From Peptococcaceae bacterium (GTDB lineage Bacteria > Bacillota > Peptococcia > Peptococcales > Peptococcaceae): a DNA stretch of 64,000 nucleotides. The DNA lies in NCBI GenBank assembly GCA_017547685.1, contig JAFYPD010000028.1:2009-66008 (forward strand), given 5' to 3'. Below the pieces are notes generated by a model, which saw nothing but the letters and a program-made list of their open reading frames with translations, had not been told where the DNA came from and searched no databases. The position numbers and the translations under genes are program-made. Of the stretch, positions 45,831-55,533 are shown piece after piece (position 1 is the stretch's first letter; each line of letters opens with the position of its first letter).

Positions 45831-46565
45831 TCAGCGAATAACGGAGCGATAAGACATCTCACCCAGATAATGATCGTGATGTGCCTGACGTTTCACCATG
45901 CGCAAAGAAATCCAGAACATCACTGCAATGAATACAACAAATATCCAGGTAAAATGTGCAGCTTCCATGGAAGCAATAAAATCATACGTGCCGTGCAGCA
46001 GAACCGGGCACAGCACTGCCAGCTTGCCATAGCGTTTTGCCTTCTCATGATCACCAAACCGGTCAAATTTTTTAGCCAGGCCATACCACACGCCCATAAA
46101 AACTCCAAAACAGGCATGCCCCGGGATGGCTGTGACAGCACGCAGAAGCGCTACTTCCAGGCCATACAGCGCCACATAGCTGATATTTTCCCACAATGCA
46201 AAGCCCAGTGATACAAACACGGCATACACCACACCGTCAAACCGGCAGTTAAAATGCGTGGAATGCCAGGTACGCCATTTCAGCAGCAGATATTTGAATC
46301 CTTCCTCTGAGAACGCCACCACAAAAAAGTAAAACAAAAAGTTGTAACGTACGCTGCCTTCCCGGAACAGCAGCCCCACAACAACACTGCCGAACATCTC
46401 GGCAATCATCGCCAGAAAAGTCGCCACGATGCCGCACACTGCCAGAGAAAGCAGTAAGCCGGCAGGCTCCTTCTCCACCCGGTCAGCCTGATAAATTTTA
46501 TACAGCAGATAGATTGCCGGCAGCACAGCCGCCGCAATCAGTACAGGATTTGTTATCAATGTCAC
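45831..46565 (-). CDS. prsW: PrsW-family intramembrane glutamic/metalloprotease
   Basis: Multi-TM protein with FSEEGFKYLLL (EExxK) and LHGTYDF (HxxxD) motifs. Confidence 0.8.
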   Translation of the reverse strand: MTLITNPVLIAAAVLPAIYLLYKIYQADRVEKEPAGLLLSLAVCGIVATFLAMIAEMFGSVVVGLLFREGSVRYNFLFYFFVVAFSEEGFKYLLLKWRTWHSTHFNCRFDGVVYAVFVSLGFALWENISYVALYGLEVALLRAVTAIPGHACFGVFMGVWYGLAKKFDRFGDHEKAKRYGKLAVLCPVLLHGTYDFIASMEAAHFTWIFVVFIAVMFWISLRMVKRQAHHDHYLGEMSYRSVIR

Positions 46566-46693
46566 TTCCTCGCTTTCCCGTTCCGGTTATTACCGGACAT
46601 TTTCTTCATCTTACACGGTATGTACCGATTTGTCCAGAACTTTACTGCCTGTTTGTATTACCGCCATCGCACACCCATCTGTTCAACAGAGAA

Positions 46694-46722
46694 TTGCCAT
46701 CGTTCCGAATTTCTTTTATAAT
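46694..46722 (+). promoter_or_regulatory. Sigma-A-type promoter of the uracil-DNA glycosylase gene
   Basis: TTGCCA-N17-TATAAT, 36 nt upstream of ATG 46758. Confidence 0.45.
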
Positions 46723-46757
46723 AAAGGTATCTGATTGTCATGAAGGAGGAAGCCGTA

Positions 46758-47330
46758 ATGTATACCTGGGACGAACTTGAAACAATGCTTCATCAGTGCA
46801 GCCGCTGTGCATTAAGCCAGAGCCGCAATCTGCCCGTTATGGGGCGGGGCAGCCACAAGGCCAGTATTATGCTTGTCGCCGAAGCGCCCGGCGCTCAGGA
46901 AGACCAGCAGGGTCTTCCTTTTGTCGGCCCGGCCGGACGTGTGCTGGACATTCTGCTGGCATCAGCCAATCTCACACGGCAGGATGTGTATATCACCAAT
47001 ATCATCAAATGCCATCCGCCGGGTAACCGTGACCCAAAACCGGAAGAACAGAACGCCTGTATGCCGTTCCTGCGCTGCGAAACCGCTTTACTGCGGCCGC
47101 CTGTTATCGTTTGTTTAGGCCGTATTGCTGCCCAGAAGCTCATCGACCCGCACTTTAAAATCATGAGACAGCACGGCACATGGGTGGAGCGCAAAGGCTA
47201 CTGGATGACAGCCGTATACCACCCGTCTTTCATTTTGCGCGACCCGTCCAGACTGGAAGAGACAAAAAAAGACTTCCAGAGTGTCATCCGGAAGCTGCAG
47301 GAAATTGAGGACAGTAAATATCCTCTGTAA
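46758..47330 (+). CDS. Family-4 uracil-DNA glycosylase (Fe-S type)
   Basis: CSRCALSQSRNLPVMGRG...IMLVAEAPGAQEDQQGLPFVGPAGRVLD and YITNIIKCHPPGNRDP motifs. AAGGAGG supports ATG 46758. Confidence 0.85.
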   Translation: MYTWDELETMLHQCSRCALSQSRNLPVMGRGSHKASIMLVAEAPGAQEDQQGLPFVGPAGRVLDILLASANLTRQDVYITNIIKCHPPGNRDPKPEEQNACMPFLRCETALLRPPVIVCLGRIAAQKLIDPHFKIMRQHGTWVERKGYWMTAVYHPSFILRDPSRLEETKKDFQSVIRKLQEIEDSKYPL

Positions 47331-47357
47331 GACATTTGAAAGGAGATGCTATCCGTC

Positions 47358-47675
47358 ATGGACGCAATCACATTCTTTTTTCTGTTATGGTTCATTCCGT
47401 TCACAATCAGTTCCGGCATTACCTGGTTTTTTAAAAAGCGTAATCAAAACATCTGGCCTTTCACAACACTTCTTATTGTTCTTAACGTTTTACTGATTGT
47501 CGGCTCTCAGAATCCTATCACTGTCACAAAATGGCTGTATCGTTTAACTGGCTGCTATAATGCAGAAGCTGTTGCTTTCAATTTACTTTTTGCGATTCTT
47601 ATCTTTTCCGGACTGCTGACAGGTACAGGTTTGGGATATTTTCTACGGCTTTGGAAGCATAAACAGCATTCATAA
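47358..47675 (+). CDS. Small hydrophobic membrane protein, unknown function
   Basis: About 3 predicted hydrophobic helices. No recognisable motif. Follows the UDG gene by 28 nt. Confidence 0.5.
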   Translation: MDAITFFFLLWFIPFTISSGITWFFKKRNQNIWPFTTLLIVLNVLLIVGSQNPITVTKWLYRLTGCYNAEAVAFNLLFAILIFSGLLTGTGLGYFLRLWKHKQHS

Positions 47676-47685
47676 TAAAACGGGG

Positions 47686-47712
47686 CTGAATATTTTCATG
47701 AAAAATATTCAG
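47686..47712. terminator. Bidirectional hairpin between convergent genes
   Basis: ctgaatatttt (47686-47696) pairs with aaaatattcag (47702-47712), an 11-bp perfect stem with a 5-nt loop. Confidence 0.6.
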
Positions 47713-47726
47713 GTGCTTCTTTATTT

Positions 47727-48410
47727 TTATTCCCCGGCATTCTGCCGTTTTTTCTTTAAAAATTCCATGCGCTGCAAGGCATCCCGGTCGTCCGGTGCGT
47801 ATTCCAGCGCTTTGGTTAAATCGGCCTCTGCCTCATTAAACCGGTTCAGTACGGTGTACAGGCTGCCTCTGCCTTTGTAGGCATAGGAATAGTACGGATC
47901 CAGCTCCAGTGATTTGTTGAAGCTTTCCAGGCTCTTCTCCCACTCTTCCAGCTTGTAGTAGAGATTTCCCTTATCCTTATACACAATAGCTGCTGAGTAC
48001 GGGGATAACTCCAGCACACGGTTCAGCCCCTCCAGCGCCGATTCAAAGTCCTCCATATCCATTTCAATCAGCGCTTTATCCCAGATGGCCAGCGCATAGT
48101 CCGGATTGACAGCCAGAGCAGTATTATAATCCGCCAATGCCGCATCCACATCACCCATATTCAGAAACAGCAGTGCACGATTGTAGTAGTATCCTTCATC
48201 GTCCTGTTTCCGTTCGATGGCGCGATCGTAATCCTCCAGCGCCTTGCTGTATTCTTTTAAGCTGTGATTGTAAATATTTGCCCGGTAAAAATAAGCCTGC
48301 GGCTGTGCTGCATCCAGCTCGATGGCTTTTGCAAACCAGTCCAGTGCTTCTTCAAACCGTTCATAGTTTTTGGCCTCCACGCCTTTTTTCAACGCTTCCT
48401 GATATTCCAC
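47727..48410 (-). CDS. Tetratricopeptide-repeat protein
   Basis: 227 aa of repeated A..Y..RA/G..Y...G.Y..AL.DY..A(I/L)ELDP 34-residue units. Confidence 0.8.
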   Translation of the reverse strand: MEYQEALKKGVEAKNYERFEEALDWFAKAIELDAAQPQAYFYRANIYNHSLKEYSKALEDYDRAIERKQDDEGYYYNRALLFLNMGDVDAALADYNTALAVNPDYALAIWDKALIEMDMEDFESALEGLNRVLELSPYSAAIVYKDKGNLYYKLEEWEKSLESFNKSLELDPYYSYAYKGRGSLYTVLNRFNEAEADLTKALEYAPDDRDALQRMEFLKKKRQNAGE

Positions 48411-48423
48411 TCCAATCCCTCCG

Positions 48424-49299
48424 TCAGCCGAAAATTTTTCTGTTCAGTTCCAGCCCTGTGGGGGTAACTGCTAAACCGCCCCGTGCTGTTTCCCGCAGTG
48501 TTTCCGGCAGGCTGCGGCCAACCGAACCCATGGCCGTAATCACTTCATCCACCGGAATCACACTGGTAATGCCAGCCAGTGCCATATCAGCCATGACCAT
48601 GGCCAGTGATGCCCCTAAGGCATTTCGTTTGGCACAAGGCACCTCCACCAGACCCGCCACCGGGTCACAAACCAGCCCCATCACATTTTTGATAACCATG
48701 GCGCATGCTTCGCCAGCCTGTTCCGGTGTACCGCCGCGCAGTTCCACCGCAGCCGCTGCCGCCATCGCCGATGCTGCGCCGCACTCGGCCTGACATCCGC
48801 CAACTGCGCCGGATACGGAAGCTCTGTGGGCAATCACCATCCCGATGCCGGCACAGGTCATCAGAGCCAGCGCAATCTGGTCATCGGATAAATCATCCAT
48901 CTCCTGTATTTTTTTCAGCACACCAGGCACAATACCGCAGGACCCGGCCGTCGGGCATGCCACAATACGCCCCATGGTGGCATTCACTTCCGCCACAGCC
49001 AGTGCATAACTCACCGCTTCCATCACGTTAAGCCCGGATAACAGCCCCTTTTCCCCCTGGCAATAATCGTAAAGCCTGCGTCCTTCACCGCCGATTAACC
49101 CGCCTTTGGATTTCTGCGGATTCTTGATACCGGTGGCAATGGATTCCTTCATCACCTGCCAGTTATGTTTCATCTGTGCCAGCACGTCTTCTTCCGAAAT
49201 CTGCCTCAGTGCCGCTTCCTGTTTTACCATAGCCTGCCCGATGCTGCTGTTATTGTCATGCGCAAGCTGAATTAACGTTTCTACCGAACCAATAACCAT
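48424..49299 (-). CDS. sdaAA: L-serine ammonia-lyase (Fe-S dependent), alpha subunit
   Basis: IVACPTAGSCGIVPG, CQAECGAASAMAAAA and VCDPVAGLVEVPCAKRNA motifs. Confidence 0.9.
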   Translation of the reverse strand: MVIGSVETLIQLAHDNNSSIGQAMVKQEAALRQISEEDVLAQMKHNWQVMKESIATGIKNPQKSKGGLIGGEGRRLYDYCQGEKGLLSGLNVMEAVSYALAVAEVNATMGRIVACPTAGSCGIVPGVLKKIQEMDDLSDDQIALALMTCAGIGMVIAHRASVSGAVGGCQAECGAASAMAAAAAVELRGGTPEQAGEACAMVIKNVMGLVCDPVAGLVEVPCAKRNALGASLAMVMADMALAGITSVIPVDEVITAMGSVGRSLPETLRETARGGLAVTPTGLELNRKIFG

Positions 49300-49331
49300 A
49301 CTATGCCCTCCTGTTCCAGTCTGTGTATTGT

Positions 49332-50003
49332 CTAAAACGGTTTTATAAATTTTACGTCCAGTACCGGGCGCATAGCGATGATTTCTTTCAATGCCTCTTC
49401 CGGCACTTCCTGGTCTGTCTCAACAACCATGTATGCAATGGTATTCTTCTCCTGCCGGAACACTTTCATGGCAGCAATATTTACCTGATAGTCCACCAGA
49501 ACACCGGTGATTTTATGAATCACACCCGGCTGATCCAGATGGGTATCAATCAGCGTCGGATAAATCCCTTCAATTTCTACCGGAAAACCATCCAGCTCCG
49601 TAATCAGCACTTTTCCGCCGCCGATAGAACAGCCCGTCACTGTCTTTTCACTGCCGTCAGACAGTTTCATGACAAATTTTGCAGTATTGGCATGATACCC
49701 GTCTCCCAAATCGGCAGCGATAAAAGTATAGCACAACCCTGCCTCATCCGCCAGACGATAGGAGTCACGAATGCGAACATCATCCGTCTCCATGCCGAGC
49801 AGCCCGCCCAGCAGGGCCAGGTCAGTCCCATGCCCTTTATACGTCTGCGCAAAAGAACCATGCAGATAAATCCGCACTTCCGATGGCAGTTCCTTCGCGA
49901 TGGCTCTGGCAAACCGGCCCAGACGCACTGCACCTGCAGTGTGCGAACTGGATGGCCCGACCATTACCGGCCCGATTATATCAAAACAACTGTATTCACT
50001 CAT
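49332..50003 (-). CDS. sdaAB: L-serine ammonia-lyase, beta subunit
   Basis: FDIIGPVMVGPSSSHTAGAVRLG plus a C-terminal ACT-like domain. Confidence 0.9.
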   Translation of the reverse strand: MSEYSCFDIIGPVMVGPSSSHTAGAVRLGRFARAIAKELPSEVRIYLHGSFAQTYKGHGTDLALLGGLLGMETDDVRIRDSYRLADEAGLCYTFIAADLGDGYHANTAKFVMKLSDGSEKTVTGCSIGGGKVLITELDGFPVEIEGIYPTLIDTHLDQPGVIHKITGVLVDYQVNIAAMKVFRQEKNTIAYMVVETDQEVPEEALKEIIAMRPVLDVKFIKPF

Positions 50004-50095
50004 ACAAAGCCCTCCTGTCCTTCACAGCGGAACAATTTTTGTATATGTACTGCCATTTTACTATTTATAACCGCAATATGTAAATATCAAACCGC

Positions 50096-50139
50096 AAAAA
50101 AGAGGCTGAAACCGAAGTCTCAGCCTCTTAATTTTTTTT
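50096..50139. terminator. Bidirectional intrinsic terminator after ilvB2
   Basis: agaggctga (50101-50109) pairs with tcagcctct (50120-50128). An A-run lies upstream and an 8-T run downstream. Confidence 0.7.
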
Positions 50140-50175
50140 ATTCCAGTGATAGATTTCTATACACGTTTTTGCACA

Positions 50176-51846
50176 TTACACCTCTGGAGCAAGGAACATA
50201 TCATCCAGTGCATGACCGCCTAATACAATCGGCAGACATAAGTCATCCGGATCAATAGCAATCTCGATAATAGAGAAGCGGCCATTTTCGAATGCTTCTT
50301 TCAGAATTTCCGGTGCTTCTTCCCTGCTGGTGATCTGATAGCCTGCTGCGCCGTAGGCTTTTGCAAGCATCATAAAATCTACTGTTTTGCTGAAGTGAAC
50401 ACCGCTGTAACGCTGCCCGCTGTAGTGATACTGCAGCTGACGCACCATACCTAGAACATTGTTGTTGAATACCATAATTTTAATTGGCAGTTCCTGTTCC
50501 AGAATGGTTCCCAGTTCATGCATGCACATCTGGAAGCTGCCGTCGCCGGTTACTGCAATAACCAGATTGTCCGGGCAGGCAACCTGAGCGCCTACCGCTG
50601 CTGGAATACCGTAGCCCATCGTCCCCAGACCGCCTGAGCTGATAAACTTACGTGGTGTGGTAAAGTTATAGCTGTTTGCAGTCCATACCTGATGCTGGCC
50701 AACATCAGTTGTCACAATGGTTTTATCTTTATCCACCAGAGATTCTACCAGCTGCATGGTCCATGGCACATTGATACCGTCGGACATTGGCAGCGGAATC
50801 TGTGGATATAAAGATTCACATACAATCAGGTCATCCTGTTTTTCCAGCTGTGTGTTCAAGTCATCCAGAACAGCGCGCAAATCACCAACGATTGGAATAT
50901 TGATATCTACGTTTTTACCGATTTCTGCCGGGTCAACGTCTACGTGGATAATCTCTGCGTTTGGCGCAAAGCTGCCAGGTGTACTGATTACACGGTCATC
51001 AAAGCGCATCCCCAGTGCCAGCAGGCAGTCACAGTCCTGCACAGCCAGGTTGGCACCCTCGTTGCCGTAAGTGCCCAGCATGCCGAGAAACCGCGCTTCG
51101 CTGGCAGGATAACCGGATAATCCCATCATGGTGGAAACAACCGTTGCATTTTTCATCTGCGCCAGTTTCATAACAGCTGCAGTGGAATTGCTTGCCACAA
51201 CACCGCCGCCTACACAGATAACCATTTTTCTGGAGGCTTTGATTGTCTTCACTGCGCGTTTAATCATACCCATATGGCCGGAAACAGTTGGTTTATAGCT
51301 GCGAATATCTACTTCTTTCACCGGTACATATTCGGTCACCGCCTGAGAGATATCACGCGGAATATCAATCAGAACAGGACCCGGGCGGCCTGTGCGCGCA
51401 ATGTAGAATGCTTCCGCAATAATGCGCGGCAGATCTTCCACATTCTGTACCAGATAATTGTGTTTTGTAATTGGAGAGGTAATCCCTGTGATGTCGATTT
51501 CCTGAAACGCATCAGTCCCAATCATCGAGCGAGGAACCTGACCTGTGATCGCTACCAGCGGAACGGAGTCCATGTTGGCTGTCGCAATCCCGGTTACCAG
51601 GTTGGTTGCACCAGGGCCGGAAGTCGCCAGACATACACCCACTTTGCCAGTTGCACGAGCATAACCGCTGGCTGCATGAGCACCGCCCTGTTCATTCCGG
51701 ACCAGCACGTGGCGGATATTACTTGTTTTTAATGCATCATAAATTTCTAACACTGCCCCGCCTGGATAGCCAAAAATGGTATCAACCCCTTGGGCTTCCA
51801 GGGCACTAATCAAAATCTGCGCTCCGTTTTGCTGCATTGCTTTCAC
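50176..51846 (-). CDS. ilvB: Acetolactate synthase large (catalytic) subunit, second paralogue in the operon
   Basis: GYPGGAVLEIYDAL, GYARATGKVGVCLATSGPGATNLVTGIATANMDSVP and GLGTMGYGIPAA..GDGSFQM (ThDP motif). Confidence 0.9.
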   Translation of the reverse strand: MKAMQQNGAQILISALEAQGVDTIFGYPGGAVLEIYDALKTSNIRHVLVRNEQGGAHAASGYARATGKVGVCLATSGPGATNLVTGIATANMDSVPLVAITGQVPRSMIGTDAFQEIDITGITSPITKHNYLVQNVEDLPRIIAEAFYIARTGRPGPVLIDIPRDISQAVTEYVPVKEVDIRSYKPTVSGHMGMIKRAVKTIKASRKMVICVGGGVVASNSTAAVMKLAQMKNATVVSTMMGLSGYPASEARFLGMLGTYGNEGANLAVQDCDCLLALGMRFDDRVISTPGSFAPNAEIIHVDVDPAEIGKNVDINIPIVGDLRAVLDDLNTQLEKQDDLIVCESLYPQIPLPMSDGINVPWTMQLVESLVDKDKTIVTTDVGQHQVWTANSYNFTTPRKFISSGGLGTMGYGIPAAVGAQVACPDNLVIAVTGDGSFQMCMHELGTILEQELPIKIMVFNNNVLGMVRQLQYHYSGQRYSGVHFSKTVDFMMLAKAYGAAGYQITSREEAPEILKEAFENGRFSIIEIAIDPDDLCLPIVLGGHALDDMFLAPEV

Positions 51847-51871
51847 CCCTAAACGATTTCTGTTGACCGGA

Positions 51872-52864
51872 TTATTTCTGTAACCAAGGCATTTTATCTC
51901 TTAATTCTTTCCCGACCTGTTCAATCTGGTGGTCAGCTACAATTGCACGCATGCGGTTGAAGGATGGACGGCCAGCCTGGTTTTCCAGAATCCAGTTTTT
52001 CGCAAATACGCCTTTCTGGATGTCATCCAGAATACGTTTCATTTCTTTTTTGGTTTCTTCTGTGATAACGCGAGGACCGCTCACATAGTCACCGTATTCT
52101 GCAGTGTCACTGATGGAATAGTGCATATATTCCAGACCGCCTACATACATCAGGTCTACAATCAGTTTTAATTCATGGAAGCATTCAAAGTAAGCACTTT
52201 CCGGCTGGTAGCCTGCTTCAACCAGTGTTTCAAAACCAGCCTGTACCAGTGCACTAACACCGCCGCACAGAATTGCCTGTTCACCAAACAGGTCGGTTTC
52301 GGTTTCTTCTTTGAAGGTTGTTTCCAGTACACCAGCTTTGGTGCAGCCTACTGCTCTTGCAAATGCCAGCGCAACATTTTTGCAGTTGCCGGTTGCATCC
52401 TGTTCTACGGCTACCAGACCCGGTACGCCGGTACCCTGCTGAACAGCTTTGCGGAAGCTATGGCCAGGGGATTTTGGAGCTACCATGAATACATCTACAT
52501 CTGCGGGAGGTACAATCTGTTTGAAGTGAATGTTAAAACCGTGAGAAAAGCTCAATGCTTTGCCGGCTGTCATATGAGGCGCAATTTCTTTATTATATAC
52601 TTCAGCCTGTTTTTCGTCCGGAATCAGAACATGAATAACATCAGCTGCAGCTGCTGCATCCGCAACAGTCATAACCTGCAGACCATCTTCTTCTGCTTTC
52701 GCCCAGTTTTTGCTGCCTGCACGCAGACCAACCACAACTTTCATACCGGCATCACGCAGGTTCTGTGCCTGTGCATGGCCCTGGCTGCCGTAGCCGATTA
52801 CCGCGATTGTTTTACCATTTAAGTATTCTAAATTTGCATCCTGATCATAATACATAACTGCCAT
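51872..52864 (-). CDS. ilvC: Ketol-acid reductoisomerase (NADP+)
   Basis: [12 protein letters not shown]..., [18 protein letters not shown] and [17 protein letters not shown] motifs. GGAGG supports ATG 52864. Confidence 0.95.
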   Translation of the reverse strand: MAVMYYDQDANLEYLNGKTIAVIGYGSQGHAQAQNLRDAGMKVVVGLRAGSKNWAKAEEDGLQVMTVADAAAAADVIHVLIPDEKQAEVYNKEIAPHMTAGKALSFSHGFNIHFKQIVPPADVDVFMVAPKSPGHSFRKAVQQGTGVPGLVAVEQDATGNCKNVALAFARAVGCTKAGVLETTFKEETETDLFGEQAILCGGVSALVQAGFETLVEAGYQPESAYFECFHELKLIVDLMYVGGLEYMHYSISDTAEYGDYVSGPRVITEETKKEMKRILDDIQKGVFAKNWILENQAGRPSFNRMRAIVADHQIEQVGKELRDKMPWLQK

Positions 52865-53060
52865 TGTTTGTTTCCTCCCCAAAATTGAAAAATTAAATTT
52901 TAATTTTTATGTGTAAACAAAATTACTTCCATTTTCGCCAGACCTTGAACACCGTTAAACGGATTTGGCGTTTCTTTTTTCTTAGGACGCCGTTATTTTT
53001 TCGTAGAGCAAGGCGAAAAAAATTCAAAACAACGCAACTATACGGAAAAAAGAACAAGTC

Positions 53061-53546
53061 CTATTTTTCTTTTGGACTGCGAACCATCGCAGAAATACCC
53101 GTCTTTACAATCTCTTGAATGCCAAACGGCTGCAGAGATTTCAGAATTGCTTCAATTTTTGATTCATCGCCGGTTGCTTCAATGATTAAAGAACGGCGGC
53201 CGATATCGATAATTCTTGCACGGAAGATATCCATCAGCTGAATGATTTCGCCTCTGGTTTCTCTGTCGGCTGCCACACGTACCAGCAGCAGCTGACGGCA
53301 AACGGTATCGTCGTTGGTTAAATCGTTTACTTTGATAACGTCAACCAGCTTGTGCAACTGTTTAGTTACCTGCTCAATGGTTTTTTCGTCGCCATCCACC
53401 ACGATAGTCATGCGGGAAATGGATTTGTCCTCGGTATCACTTACAACCAGACTTTCAATGTTGTATCCTCTTCTGGAGAACAGATTGGAAACTTTCGCCA
53501 GTACACCCGGATTATTCTCTACTAAAACTGCTACTTTATGCTTCAT
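53061..53546 (-). CDS. ilvN: Acetolactate synthase small (regulatory) subunit
   Basis: HKVAVLVENNPGVLAKVSNLFSRRGYNIESL ACT domain plus the C-terminal AHAS small-subunit domain. Confidence 0.9.
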   Translation of the reverse strand: MKHKVAVLVENNPGVLAKVSNLFSRRGYNIESLVVSDTEDKSISRMTIVVDGDEKTIEQVTKQLHKLVDVIKVNDLTNDDTVCRQLLLVRVAADRETRGEIIQLMDIFRARIIDIGRRSLIIEATGDESKIEAILKSLQPFGIQEIVKTGISAMVRSPKEK

Positions 53547-53550
53547 ATCT

Positions 53551-55224
53551 CTACTCCCCCACTAAAATGTCGTCCAGCGTTTTACCTGCCGGCACCATCG
53601 GATATACATCGGCACCTGCATCGATTCTGAAATCGATAAACCATCCTTCTCTGGAGGTTAATGCGGCTGCCAGTTTTTCATCACACTGTTCCAGTGTGTC
53701 AATGCGCATGTAATTGATGCCGTAAGCATCGGCCAGTTTGCCCCAGTCCGGCGCACTGTCCAGAATGGTTGCAGAATAGTTCTGGTCAAAGAACAGCTTT
53801 TGCCACTGGTGTACCATGCCTAAAAATCCATTGTTCATCAGACAGATTTTGATTGGCAGTTTGAATTTTTTCATAATGGCCATTTCCTGCATGTTCATCT
53901 GGAAGCTGCCGTCACCGGTAATTAAAATCACATTGCGATCCGGGAAGCCGAACTGCGACCCAATAGCCGCCGGGAACCCGAAGCCCATAGTGCCCAGGCC
54001 GCCCGATGTGATAAACTGTCTTGGCCCTTTTGTATTCAGGAACAGCGCTGCCCACATCTGGTGCTGACCAACGTCAGTCACCACAATGGTATTTTCATCT
54101 ACGTATTTATCAATAAAGCCGAAAGTTTCTTTTGGAGGCAGTACACTGCCGACCGGAGATTTTACTTCGTAACGGCTCTGCTGCACCTCTTCCATCCATG
54201 CTTTGTGTTCACACTGCGGCAGCACTTCTGCCAGCGCATCCAGGAAGTCGGCACTGTCTGCAACCAGCGGATAGGTTGGGGTGACGGTTTTTCCAATTTC
54301 AGCAGCATCGATATCTACATGAATGATTCGCTTTGCATTTGGTGCAAAACCGCTCACATTACTGGTTACACGGTCATCAAAGCGCATCCCCACTGCCACC
54401 AGACAGTCACAGTGCTGTACGGTGTAGTTTGCTTCTACTGTACCGTGCATCCCCGGCATCCCAATATCATATGGATTGTTATCCGGGAACACGCCGCGAG
54501 CCATCAGAGTGGTGGATACCGGCATATCTGCTTTCTGCGCAATGCTGTACAGCAGCTCCCGGTTTTCCAGCCGGTTATTTACACCGCCGCCGACTACCAT
54601 CATTGGTTTTTCTGCCTCTTTGATATAGTTGGCAACTTTCAGGACCTGTTCTTTATTCACCTGACAAGGTTTATATTTCATTTCAATGCGGTTGCGAACG
54701 GTACCGGTATCGTACGGCACCTGCACATTCTGCACGAAAACGTCTTTTGGAATGTCAATCACAACCGGACCAGGACGCCCTGTACTTGCCACATAAAAAG
54801 CCTCTGCCACGATATCCGGCAGCTGAGCTGCATCGGTTACCGCATAGGTATGTTTGCAGATTGGCTGACAGATTCCAGTCATGTGCGCTTCCTGAAAGCC
54901 GTCTTTCCCTAATAATTCTTTGACTACCTGACCCATAATACAAACCATCGGGATGGAGTCCATGTTAGCGGTAGCAATCCCGGTTACCAGATTGGTTGCC
55001 CCTGGACCGGATGTTGCAAAGCAAACACCCACTTTCCCGGTTGCTCTGGCGTAGCCGTCGGCCGCATGGGCCGCGCCCTGTTCATGGCGTACCAGAATAT
55101 GATGAATATTCGGAAACTCTTTTAAACGGTCATACAGCGGAATCACGACGCCGCCCGGCAGACCAAACACGGTATCCACACCGTGTAATTCTAAACAATG
55201 TAATAAAATATCAGCACCTAACAC
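53551..55224 (-). CDS. ilvB: Acetolactate synthase large (catalytic) subunit, first gene of the operon
   Basis: GLPGGVVIPLYDRL, GYARATGKVGVCFATSGPGATNLVTGIATANMDSIP and GLGTMGFGFPAA..GDGSFQMN motifs. GTG start with a GGAGGTG RBS. Confidence 0.9.
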   Translation of the reverse strand: MLGADILLHCLELHGVDTVFGLPGGVVIPLYDRLKEFPNIHHILVRHEQGAAHAADGYARATGKVGVCFATSGPGATNLVTGIATANMDSIPMVCIMGQVVKELLGKDGFQEAHMTGICQPICKHTYAVTDAAQLPDIVAEAFYVASTGRPGPVVIDIPKDVFVQNVQVPYDTGTVRNRIEMKYKPCQVNKEQVLKVANYIKEAEKPMMVVGGGVNNRLENRELLYSIAQKADMPVSTTLMARGVFPDNNPYDIGMPGMHGTVEANYTVQHCDCLVAVGMRFDDRVTSNVSGFAPNAKRIIHVDIDAAEIGKTVTPTYPLVADSADFLDALAEVLPQCEHKAWMEEVQQSRYEVKSPVGSVLPPKETFGFIDKYVDENTIVVTDVGQHQMWAALFLNTKGPRQFITSGGLGTMGFGFPAAIGSQFGFPDRNVILITGDGSFQMNMQEMAIMKKFKLPIKICLMNNGFLGMVHQWQKLFFDQNYSATILDSAPDWGKLADAYGINYMRIDTLEQCDEKLAAALTSREGWFIDFRIDAGADVYPMVPAGKTLDDILVGE

Positions 55225-55291
55225 TGATTACAACACCTCCTGCAAACTATCTGAAGCTTTTTTATCGTCTTTCTGATTGCCCTTTTCTACT

Positions 55292-55321
55292 GTATCATAA
55301 CAGTTTATTCTGTTATGATAC
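55292..55321. promoter_or_regulatory. Perfect 12-bp inverted repeat in the ilv leader (operator or 5' stem-loop)
   Basis: gtatcataacag-tttatt-ctgttatgatac, about 9 nt downstream of the predicted TSS. No U-run follows on either strand. Confidence 0.45.
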
Positions 55322-55336
55322 AAGAACATTGCAATT

Positions 55337-55365
55337 AGTATACACTTCTGATTTTCAAATTGCAA
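55337..55365 (-). promoter_or_regulatory. Sigma-A-type promoter of the ilv operon
   Basis: The minus strand reads TTGCAA-N17-TATACT, about 110 nt upstream of GTG 55224. Confidence 0.5.
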
Positions 55366-55447
55366 CCATATTGTAAAAATTTTTTATAAAAAATGCTAAT
55401 ACTGCTGACTATGCGATAATACTGTATTCACAACGGTTTTATAAGGA

Positions 55448-55476
55448 TTGACGCAGCAGAAATACTGGTATAAAAT
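55448..55476 (+). promoter_or_regulatory. Sigma-A-type promoter of the DUF401-like gene
   Basis: TTGACG-N17-TAAAAT, divergent from the ilv promoter. Confidence 0.45.
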
Positions 55477-55533
55477 GCAACTAGATTTTCCTGACTGTTG
55501 TTATATTTTATTGAAGAAAGAAGGCATCTTGCA

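Noticed and set aside
49323-50258. 311-aa + ORF
   Set aside because: It is antisense to sdaAB, crosses a strong terminator and runs into ilvB.
52865-53060. Possible attenuator, T-box or leader peptide in the ilvN-ilvC spacer
   Set aside because: There is no conserved T-box core, no Leu/Val/Ile-rich mini-ORF, and only 5-bp stems. It is kept only as a remark within the ilv finding.
54061-54912. 283-aa + ORF
   Set aside because: It is antisense to ilvB.
55346-55362. CodY-box-like sequence (ctgattttcaaattg) inside the ilv promoter spacer
   Set aside because: Only one half-site (GATTTTC) resembles AATTTTCWGAAAATT. The other half does not match, so the evidence is too weak to call.
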